62,687 bases of DNA from an uncultured Candidatus Saccharimonas sp. (GCA_964516285.1 CAZEWP010000001.1:13272-75958); one strand, 5' to 3'. Shown: positions 50,492-60,353, counted from the first letter of the stretch. Numbers and translations are program-made. The notes: generated from the sequence alone by a model not told the origin.

Positions 50492-50526
50492 AAAGCGGTG
50501 TTGTCCTACAACAATACCGCTTTTTT
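50492..50526 (+). terminator. Hairpin aaagcggtgttgt...acaac(aat)accgcttt plus T-run between convergent genes
   Basis: Read directly. Confidence 0.7.
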
Positions 50527-50540
50527 CTTTGCTTAATTAT

Positions 50541-50960
50541 TTACTGATGATGCTCTTCTTCTTCAGCCAAGTCAGCTTCAGCACGGGTGGCGTGAACAGT
50601 CCCAGATGGATGGTGAGCTGGTCCATAGATAGAGTAGATTTTTAACTCATCGTCGCCGATATTCTCAACATTATGCCAATAGCCAGATGGGATGAAAATA
50701 GCAAAATCTGCTTCGGCTTCCCAGGTTTGCATCTCGTCTTGAGTCTTGCCCATACTAACTTTGGCCTTGCCTTGCTCTAAACGCAAGAACTGGTCATTGT
50801 CATTGTGGATTTCTAAGCCGATATCTCCGCCAACCTCAATAGACATTAGAGTTAATTGTATGTCTTTGCCGGTCCAAAGAGCGGTTCGAAAAGTGTTATT
50901 ATTTAAAGTTTCCTCTTCGATGTTAACGACAGCTGGAAATGGTCCTTGATCTTTGTTCAT
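50541..50960 (-). CDS. Cupin-domain protein
   Basis: 139 aa. GLEIHNDNDQF...G...IPSGYWHNVEN matches the two-motif cupin metal-site pattern. Confidence 0.7.
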   Translation of the reverse strand: MNKDQGPFPAVVNIEEETLNNNTFRTALWTGKDIQLTLMSIEVGGDIGLEIHNDNDQFLRLEQGKAKVSMGKTQDEMQTWEAEADFAIFIPSGYWHNVENIGDDELKIYSIYGPAHHPSGTVHATRAEADLAEEEEHHQ

Positions 50961-51021
50961 AATAATTCCTCCTTTTTATACTCTTCTTATTATACTACAC
51001 CTACCAAGACTATGGTTAATT

Positions 51022-51030
51022 TGCTATAAT
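51022..51030 (+). promoter_or_regulatory. Extended -10 element TGcTATAAT, 10 nt upstream of the tRNA 5' end
   Basis: Read directly. Confidence 0.5.
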
Positions 51031-51040
51031 ATTTTTGCGT

Positions 51041-51117
51041 GCCCTGGTAGCTCAGTTGGATAGAGCAGAGGACTTCTAAGCCTAAGGTCGCAGGTTCGAA
51101 TCCTGCCCGGGGCGCCA
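51041..51117 (+). tRNA. tRNA-Arg: tRNA-Arg (anticodon UCU), CCA encoded; anticodon stem has only 3 Watson-Crick pairs
   Basis: Acceptor GCCCTGG/CCGGGGC, a standard D arm, loop CTTCTAA, and T arm GCAGG-TTCGAAT-CCTGC. The anticodon stem GAGGA/GCCTA has mismatches at both ends. Confidence 0.75.
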
Positions 51118-51139
51118 TAATCTTAGAGAAAGGATATAA

Positions 51140-52663
51140 ATGGCCACACTGAAAGATTTCCGTAACGAACGATTAAAAAAGCTTGAAAGACTTCAAGCTC
51201 TTGGAATTAACCCTTTTCCTGCCCGTTCCACTAGAACTATTATAATTCAAGAAATTATTGACAATTTTTCTGAACTGGAAAACACCACTCAAACGATTGT
51301 TGGCAGAATTAAGTCTATTAGAACTTTTGGCAAACTAGCTTTTATTGTGATTCAAGACGCTTCTGGTAAAATCCAACTCTTTATTAAAGATGGTGAATTA
51401 GGACCTTTAACTCCGGTTAATGGTGAATTGGGAATAAAAGAAATCCCTCTACTTGACACTGGCGACTTCGTTGAAGCTACCGGCCAAGTCATTAAGACTA
51501 AAACTGGCGAAATTTCCTTAAACACTCAAAAGCTCCGTCTCCTAACTAAATCACTCCGACCAATGCCCCTCGCTCACGAAGAGTTCAGTGACAAAGAAGA
51601 GCGCTTGCGCCGACGCTACATTGATATTAATATTAATCAAGCTGTGCGTGATCGATTTCTTAGGCGAGCTAAATTTTGGCAAGCTAATCGAGACTTTCTG
51701 CGCGATCACGGTTTTATAGAAATGAGCACACCAGTTCTCGAACAAACCACTGGTGGAGCTGATGCTAATCCTTTTGTTACCCACATGGATGCCTTGGATC
51801 AAGATTTTTATCTAAGAATCAGCCATGAACTACCCCTTAAAAGATTGATTGGGGCTGGTTATGAAAAAATCTATGATATTGGTCCTCGTTTTCGGAATGA
51901 GGGCGTAACAGAAGAGCACTTACCAGAACATAACGCTCTAGAGTGGTATTGGGCTTATGCCGATTGGCAAGACGGTATGAATTTAACTGAAAAAATGGTC
52001 CGATATCTCGCCGATCAAGTTTGGGGGAAGAGGCAATTCACCCTCCTTAATGGCCAATCTATTGACCTTGGTGAGGATAATGAACCTTTCCCAAAAGTCA
52101 GCTTCCCAAAAATAATCAAAGAACATTATGGAATTGATGTCTTTGACGCTACTATCGAAGAAATCTCTCAAAAGCTGAAAGAGAATAAACTTGAAGTTGA
52201 AAAGACAGACAGTGTAGCCAGGGGGATTGATAAACTTTGGAAGAAAATTCGTAAAGAGCTTTCTGGTCCAGCTTTTCTAGTTGATATACCTGTTTATCTC
52301 CAACCTTTAGCTAAAAAGCAAACTGCTGATGCGCGCTTAACTGAACAATTCAATCTTATTCTTGGTGGCACCGAAGCTTGCAAATCTTATAGCGAATTAA
52401 ACGATCCAATTGATCAATTAAATCGGTTTATCGAGCAACAAAAATTAAGAGATTCAGGTGATAATGAGGCTATGATGATGGATATTGATTTTGTAGAAAT
52501 GCTAGAATATGGCATACCCCCAACTTGTGGCTACGGTCACTCTGAGCGTCTCTTTTGGATGCTAGAAGGTGTCACCGCCAAAGAAGGTGTGATTTTTCCT
52601 CAAATGCGCCGAGAGATTAGTTCAGTTACTAAATCAATTTACCCAGATCTCAATCTCGAGTAA
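51140..52663 (+). CDS. lysS: Lysyl-tRNA synthetase, class II
   Basis: 507 aa. N-terminal OB anticodon-binding domain and class II motifs (FRNEG, GLGIDR-equivalent region). Confidence 0.9.
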   Translation: MATLKDFRNERLKKLERLQALGINPFPARSTRTIIIQEIIDNFSELENTTQTIVGRIKSIRTFGKLAFIVIQDASGKIQLFIKDGELGPLTPVNGELGIKEIPLLDTGDFVEATGQVIKTKTGEISLNTQKLRLLTKSLRPMPLAHEEFSDKEERLRRRYIDININQAVRDRFLRRAKFWQANRDFLRDHGFIEMSTPVLEQTTGGADANPFVTHMDALDQDFYLRISHELPLKRLIGAGYEKIYDIGPRFRNEGVTEEHLPEHNALEWYWAYADWQDGMNLTEKMVRYLADQVWGKRQFTLLNGQSIDLGEDNEPFPKVSFPKIIKEHYGIDVFDATIEEISQKLKENKLEVEKTDSVARGIDKLWKKIRKELSGPAFLVDIPVYLQPLAKKQTADARLTEQFNLILGGTEACKSYSELNDPIDQLNRFIEQQKLRDSGDNEAMMMDIDFVEMLEYGIPPTCGYGHSERLFWMLEGVTAKEGVIFPQMRREISSVTKSIYPDLNLE

Positions 52664-52928
52664 TCTTAATCGCTTTACCATTGGTTAAAGCATCAGCAAT
52701 TTTTTGATAAGCTGAATAAAGAATCCTTTGATAGGTACTTTGTGAAGTTACCATGTGTTTGGCTGCTTCCATCTGTTCTAAATTACTACTGTGACGCAAT
52801 CGGTAAGCCTCAAACTCTTCAGCCGTTAATTCGACCACTTCTAAAAATCGGAGTGGCACGCCTTGTGGTTTAAAATAAGTTACTTGCGGATTAAAAGAAA
52901 TCCGCCGATACAATCGTGGTCTAGGCAT
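52650..52928 (-). CDS. DUF134 (UPF0251) predicted DNA-binding protein
   Basis: MPRPRLYRRISFNPQVTYFKPQGVPLR...NGKAIKI closely follows the DUF134 consensus. Its 3' end overlaps the lysS 3' end by 14 nt. Confidence 0.75.
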   Translation of the reverse strand: MPRPRLYRRISFNPQVTYFKPQGVPLRFLEVVELTAEEFEAYRLRHSSNLEQMEAAKHMVTSQSTYQRILYSAYQKIADALTNGKAIKITRD

Positions 52929-52933
52929 AAAAA

Positions 52934-53212
52934 TTATTTGCTATCTTTATTAACTAATTGCTTTAGAGACTTTTTTTCTTCTTGCAAGGCAATTAATTCT
53001 TCTTTTAGTAATGCCTCTTCATCTTCAAGATAAGCTAACTTTTCTTGATCCGACAAACGACGCCAGTAATTAAATTGGTATGGGCAACCACCCCAACCAA
53101 AACGCCCCATACCACAGCCTAAGCCTAAACCTTGACCTTGACCACAAGGACCTAGTCCTCGACCACTTCTTGGACCTTGACCTAGAGGCCCTGTTCCATC
53201 TAACTTTGGCAT
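52934..53212 (-). CDS. DUF5320-family protein
   Basis: MPKLDGTGPLGQGPRSGRGLGPCG... Gly-rich N-terminus plus a C-terminal coiled coil, the usual partner of DUF134. Confidence 0.65.
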   Translation of the reverse strand: MPKLDGTGPLGQGPRSGRGLGPCGQGQGLGLGCGMGRFGWGGCPYQFNYWRRLSDQEKLAYLEDEEALLKEELIALQEEKKSLKQLVNKDSK

Positions 53213-53339
53213 AATCTGCTCCTTTCTTGTTAGTTATATTATGAGTATATACCCATAATTATTAGTTGTCAAATCTTTCAAGAAAAATAGCCACTATTTT
53301 TAATAAGGGCTATTTTTTACTTTTAAAAAATCTTGGTAA

Positions 53340-55745
53340 TTAATCATCTGCCAACATACCCTTAATCTGATTAAGGGTAACTTGAATGGTATCGCCTGGC
53401 TTAACATCACCCGATAAAACCTGTTTGGCCACCACATTCTCAACCGTGCGCTGAATCATTCGACGCATTGGTCGGGCGCCTAATCGTGGGTCATAGCCCT
53501 TTTCGATTAATAATTTTTTGGCTTCCAATTCAACTTCAACTGAAACTTTTTGATTGGCCAAAGTTTCATTAACTGATTTAATCATTAAGTCAACTACCTG
53601 CAGTAATTCTTCTTTAGTTAATGGCCTAAACATCACCACTTCGTCAAAACGGTTAACAAATTCTGGTCGGAACTGGTTGGTTTTAATGAGCTCGTCAACA
53701 AAAAAAGCTTCCATCCGTTCAATATCAAGACCTCGCTCAATCAGTTCCCTGATTCGATCAGCCCCCGCGTTACTGGTGCCGATAATAATCGTATCTTTAA
53801 AGCTCACTTCTCGATTTTTAACATCTCTTAAAATACCCTCGTCCAGTAATTGCAATAATGTCACTAAAACTTTATCATGAGCTTTTTCAATTTCATCTAG
53901 TAGCACCACACTAAACGGCTGTTTCATAACCTGAGCAGTTAAACTTTCTGGATAATCTGCTCCGTCGGCTAATAACCTTTGAACATCTTGCTCGGTAACG
54001 AAGCTGTTCATATCTAAGCGAATCATCTGATTCTCCCCGCCAAAATAAGTTCTAGCTAGGGCTTTAGCTAACTCAGTTTTTCCAACCCCAGTTGGCCCCA
54101 AGAAAAGAAAGGTGCCGATTGGTCGATTTTGGTTACGAACACCAGACCGAGCTCGCCGTAAGGCATCGCTAACTACCGAAACAGCTCGGTTTTGATTAAT
54201 CATCTTCTGATGAATTAATTCTTCTAGGTTTAATAAAACTTGTCGCTCATCAGTTTCATGCGCCACCCCAACCTTGACATCTAAAGTTTTTTCAACTGCT
54301 TGATGAACCGATTGAGTCGTCACTAAACCATTAGGTTCGCTATATTGTGAAGCTGCTTCCATAATCTTTAACCCCCGACCAGGCATCACAATGTCATAGA
54401 TATAACGATCAGCCAACTGGTAAGATTCAACTAAAGCTTGGTAAGTATAAGTTGTTTGGTTTTGGCTTTCAATTAAGACGGCTCGATCTTGCATAATAGC
54501 AATGGTTTCTTCTTTGGTCGCTGGCGCCACTACAATTTTATTTAAAGCATTGGCTAATTCTGGATGGCGCTGATTAATCTGTAAAAATCTCTGTTCATCG
54601 ACTGCTAAAATAATTCTCAAGCGACCAGATTGAATAATCGGTAACAAAATATTAGAAATATCTACTGAACCAACGCCGTCTTCAAAAAACAAATGTGAAT
54701 CGTCTAAACAAAGAATTATATTCTTAGCACTATAGGCTTCCATTAACACTCTCGGAATAATTCTTTCTAGATCACCCCTCTCACGCGAGACAGCTAGTAA
54801 AGAAGCGGCATTCAAAAGAAATACTTGACGATACTTCAGGTTGTTCGGCACCTTAGAATAACCATCGATCAATCGAGCGGCAAAAGAATGGACCACTCGA
54901 GTCTTACCAGAACCAGACCCCCCAACCAATAAAGCGTTTTGTCGACCATTCTTACTGAAAATGCCAATCAAACGATTAACAGCCTCATCGTGTGACTCCA
55001 AAGTTAAAAGTGAGACAGCATCTATTTGGGTGCTAATATTTTGGGCTAATTTTTTTAAAAGTGGAGTCCAGCCAAAAGCCCAATCTCTAGCTACCCCCCC
55101 ATTACGGGCTGGTTTACGATAATTTTCAGTTAATTGTCTTAAGTGGTTATACCAATAAATACCCTGGTATAGATCTTTAACCCCTAAATGAACTGGCGCT
55201 AATAATTGTTGAGACAGAGGACTAACCTCGGCAACCGCCACGATTAAAACCACGGCTGAAATGTTTTTATTTTTTGTTTGCCCCTGAATTTCTAAAGCTT
55301 TTTGCCAAATTTTAGCTAGATCAACTTCTGGTGGTTCAACTAAAGTGGCCAGTAAATTCGGACCAACCCCAAACCGAATCGCAAAAAATTGACCAGCCAA
55401 CAAATTACTTAGTATCGCCACCAACTCTTTTGGCGTTGGATTTTTCGACAATCTCCCTAAAACTTCGGCCGACAAAATGTCATCGATATTTTTAATTTCT
55501 TTATTTGACTTTAAATGCCGTAAGTCACCGTTGTACCAAGCTCCTAGCATAAATAACAAGCAAGCCAAACTTAATATTAACCACCCTAAAGCACTATGTA
55601 AAACAAAGATTAACAACCCAGCTAAAACGAAAAAGCCGACTGTCAAAATTTGAATCAAGAGATAAATGCTTTTATTAATCTTAACACTTAAACGAGCCTT
55701 GGTACTTCTAAGACTACGGTAGTTAAAGCCTAAGTTGTTATCCAT
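53340..55745 (-). CDS. Membrane-anchored double-AAA+ Clp/Hsp100-like ATPase
   Basis: 801 aa with two N-terminal TM helices. D1 has Walker A GGSGSGKT but an atypical Walker B ILCLDDSH. D2 is canonical (GPTGVGKT, VVLLDEIEKAH) and is followed by a ClpB_D2-small-like C-terminus. Confidence 0.75.
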   Translation of the reverse strand: MDNNLGFNYRSLRSTKARLSVKINKSIYLLIQILTVGFFVLAGLLIFVLHSALGWLILSLACLLFMLGAWYNGDLRHLKSNKEIKNIDDILSAEVLGRLSKNPTPKELVAILSNLLAGQFFAIRFGVGPNLLATLVEPPEVDLAKIWQKALEIQGQTKNKNISAVVLIVAVAEVSPLSQQLLAPVHLGVKDLYQGIYWYNHLRQLTENYRKPARNGGVARDWAFGWTPLLKKLAQNISTQIDAVSLLTLESHDEAVNRLIGIFSKNGRQNALLVGGSGSGKTRVVHSFAARLIDGYSKVPNNLKYRQVFLLNAASLLAVSRERGDLERIIPRVLMEAYSAKNIILCLDDSHLFFEDGVGSVDISNILLPIIQSGRLRIILAVDEQRFLQINQRHPELANALNKIVVAPATKEETIAIMQDRAVLIESQNQTTYTYQALVESYQLADRYIYDIVMPGRGLKIMEAASQYSEPNGLVTTQSVHQAVEKTLDVKVGVAHETDERQVLLNLEELIHQKMINQNRAVSVVSDALRRARSGVRNQNRPIGTFLFLGPTGVGKTELAKALARTYFGGENQMIRLDMNSFVTEQDVQRLLADGADYPESLTAQVMKQPFSVVLLDEIEKAHDKVLVTLLQLLDEGILRDVKNREVSFKDTIIIGTSNAGADRIRELIERGLDIERMEAFFVDELIKTNQFRPEFVNRFDEVVMFRPLTKEELLQVVDLMIKSVNETLANQKVSVEVELEAKKLLIEKGYDPRLGARPMRRMIQRTVENVVAKQVLSGDVKPGDTIQVTLNQIKGMLADD

Positions 55746-56125
55746 TAAAACCTAACCCCCGCGATAAAAAGCAACAGACCGATAATTGGCAAAAACGGCA
55801 CCACTAGCCAAAACCCTAGAAAAATAAAATTAATAACTACAAGCAGTCCAGTTGTTAGTAAACCAAATATAATCATAAAAGTCCGCACAACAGCACCAAC
55901 AGCTCTTGAAATTAAGTTGTCAAACATGTGACGAATCTGGATAGCAAAGCTATTGTCTGACTGTTCTATGGAAGCTGAAATCTGCTTATATGGCGCCAAC
56001 CAAGTTTTAACTAGAGAACGAATCGAAAACATATCGATAACAGATTCAACCCTAAAAACTAAGAGTCTTATTTGTCGCTTAAATCCAGCGTTATACCACC
56101 ACTCTAGAATGCCCACTAGTAACAT
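55745..56125 (-). CDS. Small integral membrane protein, translationally coupled to the Clp-like ATPase
   Basis: 126 aa with 2-3 TM helices. Its stop overlaps the start of the downstream gene by 1 nt. Confidence 0.55.
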   Translation of the reverse strand: MLLVGILEWWYNAGFKRQIRLLVFRVESVIDMFSIRSLVKTWLAPYKQISASIEQSDNSFAIQIRHMFDNLISRAVGAVVRTFMIIFGLLTTGLLVVINFIFLGFWLVVPFLPIIGLLLFIAGVRF

Positions 56126-56148
56126 ATGTCTATTGTAGCTTATTTTAG

Positions 56149-58773
56149 CTATTTACGAAATACAACTGCTAGTGGAGTTTGTTGGCGAGCTTGTCCTAAA
56201 GGATTGTCAGCAAAAACAGCTTCTAAGGTTTCATCTTTAACCGCCACATTTTTACCAAGAATATTGCGACCAAGGTCATTAGCATCAATAATCACGACTC
56301 CCTGTAAAGATTCAGCTAAAAATTTTGGTAGATTATCTTTTAAGATTTTGGTTAAATCTTGAGCCACCTTATCGGGTGCTTCCGGACTTAACTTGGCTGA
56401 AACATTAGCTGGATAGACACTGTGAGCGGTCGGCCCATCAATCGCTCGGACACTATGTCCAGCTAAATTGTAAAAGACTCCTCTTTTACCAATGACCTTA
56501 CCTAAAATTCCACCAAGAGAAGCTAATAAGATTCTTAGTCCCCCAGCCTCTCTGATGGCTAATTCCATCGTGCATGGGTGGGCTAAACCAATACCATAGG
56601 CACTTTTTGTCACAAACCGACTTAAAATTTTTGCTAGTAACCGTGGCTTAATATCCCAGATAAAATAAGCTCGTTGTTGGGTAATCGCCACAATCTTCTC
56701 ACTAATAAAAAGCATCCAACCATGCTTAGTAATAGCCTGGTAGTCTGGTGACCGCTGGCTTAACTGCTTAGCAAAGTTTTTAAGATAATCTAAAACTAGA
56801 CTAGATAACTGATCGTCAGCTTGCACAACCTTAGTTCTGATTGGCAACCGACGATAACTATTTTTACCAACTTTTATATCTAAACTTTTTTCTTCATTTG
56901 GCTGAAATTCAACTTGTTGCGCTTCTGTTTCGGCTATCGGCTCATCAATAAACTCCCTCAACCACAACTCCGTATTAAGAATCCGCCAAAAAGTCATACT
57001 TGAAACACTGTTTTTATTAACTAGATAATCTTTAAAGGCTTCAACTACGGCTAATTGATTAAAATAAGGTCGCGAAGCAAATTTTTCAGAAGTAAAAATC
57101 GTTAAAACCTCTTTATTTAAGCGCTTTAACCATTCAACTTCCGGGGTGCTAAAGCCAACCTTCTTGCGCCGACGACTAATCTCAATTGGTAAGACATCCC
57201 CAAAAGCTTCTCTTAAAATCCGTTTATTCCAACTACGTTTAATAATCGCTTGATCCTCCAAACTAAACACTAGTTCAACTAATTTTTTATCCAAAAAAGG
57301 CACCCGTCCCTTAATGTTAAAACGATTAGTGTTTTTAGCTTCATAGCGTAATAAAGCTGGTAAACTATCTCGAAAAATATCGTCCACTAACCTTAACCGT
57401 AAATTATTAGTCACCTTACTAAATGCTGTCGCTTGGTTGGTTTTTAGAAAATCTGAGCTAAGAAAATTATCAGATGGCAAGTCTTTCTTAAAACTTAAAG
57501 CACTAAAAATTTTAAACCGCACCAATTGAAAAATAATATCCAGCGAAGAGACCACCTCAACCACTAATCGCCCCCAACAATGTTGTTCCCAAAGTTGCTT
57601 AAAATAAACAAAATATGCTGGCAAATAACCGGCCATAACTTCATCAGCCCCTTGCCCATCAAGCATAATCTCTACTTTTTGGCTAGCTTGTTTCATAACA
57701 CAATATTGAGCGTACGGTCCAGTACTAATTGTTGGTTCCTCTTGGACTCTAACAAAATCAGTCACTTCTTGCCAAAAGCCTTTTTCATTAGGATAAACTT
57801 TATTGACTTTAACTCTTGGAAATTTCTGTCGCCAACTATCAACATACTTTTCCTCATCATTAATCTCACCAGGAAAAACTGCTGAAAAAACCTTAGCTTG
57901 TTTACCCTGAGTTGAACCAATCAAGGTGCGTTGGGTAACGCTCGTAATAACCGAAGAATCTAATCCACCCGATAAAGCCATACCAATTGCTTGATCACCC
58001 GTTGTTCGTCGCTCAATTGCCGAAGTCAATAACTGTCGGTATTGCTCTTGAATCGCTGGAGTGTATTTTTGTAACTTACCTTGTAAAACCTGTTCCTTGA
58101 AGCGACTTTCTAGTTTAGAAAATTGTTTTTTCTTAATACCCGATGCATTAACCACCACCATTTCACCAACTCTAACTTTTTTAATCTGCGCAAAAAAAGT
58201 CTCAGCCGTATCATCATGGGCCCGAAAACGAAGATAACGGGCTAAAACTGTTTCGTTGACTTCAGCTTGAAATAACTCGCTTTGCAATAAAGACTTGAGA
58301 TCTGAGCTAAATAAAATTTGAGGATTTTTCTTGCTTCGTAATTCCACATAATAGAGTGGTTGGACACCAAAATGATCCCGTGCTAACACTAATTCTCTTT
58401 TTGTGGAATTATAAAGTGCCACCCCAAAAGAGCCATCAAGCCGATCCAAAAAAAGATCTTCGTCAACTGAATAATTATAAGCCAAAAACTCAAGGTCACT
58501 TTGTTGATTGGCCACAGTAATTGCTTGACGAGAAAATTGCCCATAAAGCTCTTGACGATTGTAAACCTCCGCCAACCCAACAGCCACCACTGCTTTTTGT
58601 TGAGACAATAAGTCATCTGGTTGAACATGATTCTGCGCACAACCGAAAGCTATTTCATTTTTAAAATAAGTATCCGTCACGACTTTTTGACCAACCTCTG
58701 GCATCCGAAGCATCTTTTGGATTAAATCTTTTTGATTATCCTGAAGGCCATAAAAACCAACTATTTTTCTCAT
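56149..58773 (-). CDS. Asparagine-synthase-like (AsnB family, no N-terminal Cys) enzyme fused to a CofE-like (F420-0:gamma-glutamyl ligase family) domain
   Basis: 874 aa. PP-loop ALSGGLDSS. The N-terminus is MRKIVG rather than MCG. The C-terminal ~230 aa (ISEKIVAITQQRA...PEAPDKVAQDL...VVIIDANDLGR) follows the CofE pattern. Confidence 0.65.
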   Translation of the reverse strand: MRKIVGFYGLQDNQKDLIQKMLRMPEVGQKVVTDTYFKNEIAFGCAQNHVQPDDLLSQQKAVVAVGLAEVYNRQELYGQFSRQAITVANQQSDLEFLAYNYSVDEDLFLDRLDGSFGVALYNSTKRELVLARDHFGVQPLYYVELRSKKNPQILFSSDLKSLLQSELFQAEVNETVLARYLRFRAHDDTAETFFAQIKKVRVGEMVVVNASGIKKKQFSKLESRFKEQVLQGKLQKYTPAIQEQYRQLLTSAIERRTTGDQAIGMALSGGLDSSVITSVTQRTLIGSTQGKQAKVFSAVFPGEINDEEKYVDSWRQKFPRVKVNKVYPNEKGFWQEVTDFVRVQEEPTISTGPYAQYCVMKQASQKVEIMLDGQGADEVMAGYLPAYFVYFKQLWEQHCWGRLVVEVVSSLDIIFQLVRFKIFSALSFKKDLPSDNFLSSDFLKTNQATAFSKVTNNLRLRLVDDIFRDSLPALLRYEAKNTNRFNIKGRVPFLDKKLVELVFSLEDQAIIKRSWNKRILREAFGDVLPIEISRRRKKVGFSTPEVEWLKRLNKEVLTIFTSEKFASRPYFNQLAVVEAFKDYLVNKNSVSSMTFWRILNTELWLREFIDEPIAETEAQQVEFQPNEEKSLDIKVGKNSYRRLPIRTKVVQADDQLSSLVLDYLKNFAKQLSQRSPDYQAITKHGWMLFISEKIVAITQQRAYFIWDIKPRLLAKILSRFVTKSAYGIGLAHPCTMELAIREAGGLRILLASLGGILGKVIGKRGVFYNLAGHSVRAIDGPTAHSVYPANVSAKLSPEAPDKVAQDLTKILKDNLPKFLAESLQGVVIIDANDLGRNILGKNVAVKDETLEAVFADNPLGQARQQTPLAVVFRK

Positions 58774-60299
58774 TTCCCCTCACTTATCCTTATGTTAATG
58801 TCCTCGCCTAGTTGCAAAAACTCCTTTAAAAACAAACTCTCAAACTTAGTGTTTTTAACTACAACCTTTTCTTTTAACAACTGCGGAATTTGCTTCTCGT
58901 TATAACTAATAAAATAAATTTTTCTAAAAGCCTCTAACTCTCGACTGTCATCACGAACTCGCACCTCATCACCAACCGGTGCATAGCCACCCACCAACTC
59001 TCGCTCTTGACTAACCACATAGATTGGGCAGTCAGCTAATAGCTCTTTCATTTGGATATAAACATACGGGTCAGATGCCAAAACCACCTGACCGCCGTCA
59101 CAAACCACTTGTTGACTCAATTCTCTGGTCTTAATCTTTTCTAAACGCTGGAAATTGTAGTTACCTAATTGACTCAAACTTACCAAGCCAGCCAACAGAG
59201 CTACTGAAAAAATAGCGGTTAAAGTTTTAGCCGACTTAGCTTTTTTCTGCCAAGCCACTGCTAATAAAACCCCCAATAACGACAAGCCATAAATAACATA
59301 AAAAACCACATATCTCTCAATGTAAACTGGACGATTGAGGCCAATAAGTATCATCACAACCAACGGCACTATAAAACAACTAGTTAAAAACGCCATACCT
59401 TCCGGATACTTTTTGCGAGTGATTGGATAAAACTTCACCACTAGATAAATTAAAGCGCCGAACAAAGCCACCGCCAACAGCGACATGACAGCCTTTAGCC
59501 AAAAAATTGGTTGATACAAAAAGCTAAAAGTCACCATCCCTAAAAGATTTTCTAATGTTAAAGCTTTTACTACACTAGCTAAAGTCTTACCAGAAACCTG
59601 TTTTAAAGCTATCGGCAACCAAGGCAAAAACAAGATAACTGATCCTAAATAAGCCAAGATCCAGGGTTGTTTAATAAAAGATTGTCGCTGACGATAAGCT
59701 TGAGCCACTAACCACACTAAATGCCCTAGCCAGAGAAAAGATAGATAATAATGTGTTAATACCCCCAAAGCCACTAGAATTGCATAACCAAAATAATAAC
59801 TAACTCGCCAAGCTCGTCTCAATTCTTGTTTGGCTAAAATTAATAAATAACTAGCTGTCACACTAATTAAGGTCATCAAAGCGTACATCCGAATCTCAAA
59901 ACTATAACGAAGTAGGAGTGGACTAAAAGCCACTAAAAGCAACCCACCCAAAGCTATTTTCTGGTTAAATAGTTTTTTTAATAGTAAAAATAACATAAAT
60001 AGACTTAAACTAAAACAAATTAAACTAAACAGTCTAAGTATCATTTCCTCAATCCCGAACAGACCACCCCACCCCTTTAGAAGAAGATAATAAACTGGTG
60101 GATGAACATCTACTGCAGTCCAATGAATTAGATCAGCCACCTTTTGCCTGGCCAACATAATTGAGTAGCCTTCGTCAAACCATAAACTCTGTTGACTAGC
60201 AATCAACCAGCCAATTAACCCAGACCCTATTAAAACAGCCCCAACTAGCCAACCAAAAAATTGCTTATTTTTCTTAAACATCTGTCTTAATTTTAACAC
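58770..60299 (-). CDS. Polytopic glycosyltransferase (ArnT/PMT-like, GT39/GT83-type)
   Basis: 509 aa with 10 or more TM helices, an early-loop motif SLWFDEGYS and a soluble C-terminal domain. It overlaps the downstream gene by 4 nt. Confidence 0.6.
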   Translation of the reverse strand: MLKLRQMFKKNKQFFGWLVGAVLIGSGLIGWLIASQQSLWFDEGYSIMLARQKVADLIHWTAVDVHPPVYYLLLKGWGGLFGIEEMILRLFSLICFSLSLFMLFLLLKKLFNQKIALGGLLLVAFSPLLLRYSFEIRMYALMTLISVTASYLLILAKQELRRAWRVSYYFGYAILVALGVLTHYYLSFLWLGHLVWLVAQAYRQRQSFIKQPWILAYLGSVILFLPWLPIALKQVSGKTLASVVKALTLENLLGMVTFSFLYQPIFWLKAVMSLLAVALFGALIYLVVKFYPITRKKYPEGMAFLTSCFIVPLVVMILIGLNRPVYIERYVVFYVIYGLSLLGVLLAVAWQKKAKSAKTLTAIFSVALLAGLVSLSQLGNYNFQRLEKIKTRELSQQVVCDGGQVVLASDPYVYIQMKELLADCPIYVVSQERELVGGYAPVGDEVRVRDDSRELEAFRKIYFISYNEKQIPQLLKEKVVVKNTKFESLFLKEFLQLGEDINIRISEGK

Positions 60300-60353
60300 A
60301 CCAGTTAAAAAGACTAGCGTTCTTTAAAAAAATGCTTTATAATCTAGTCAGTC

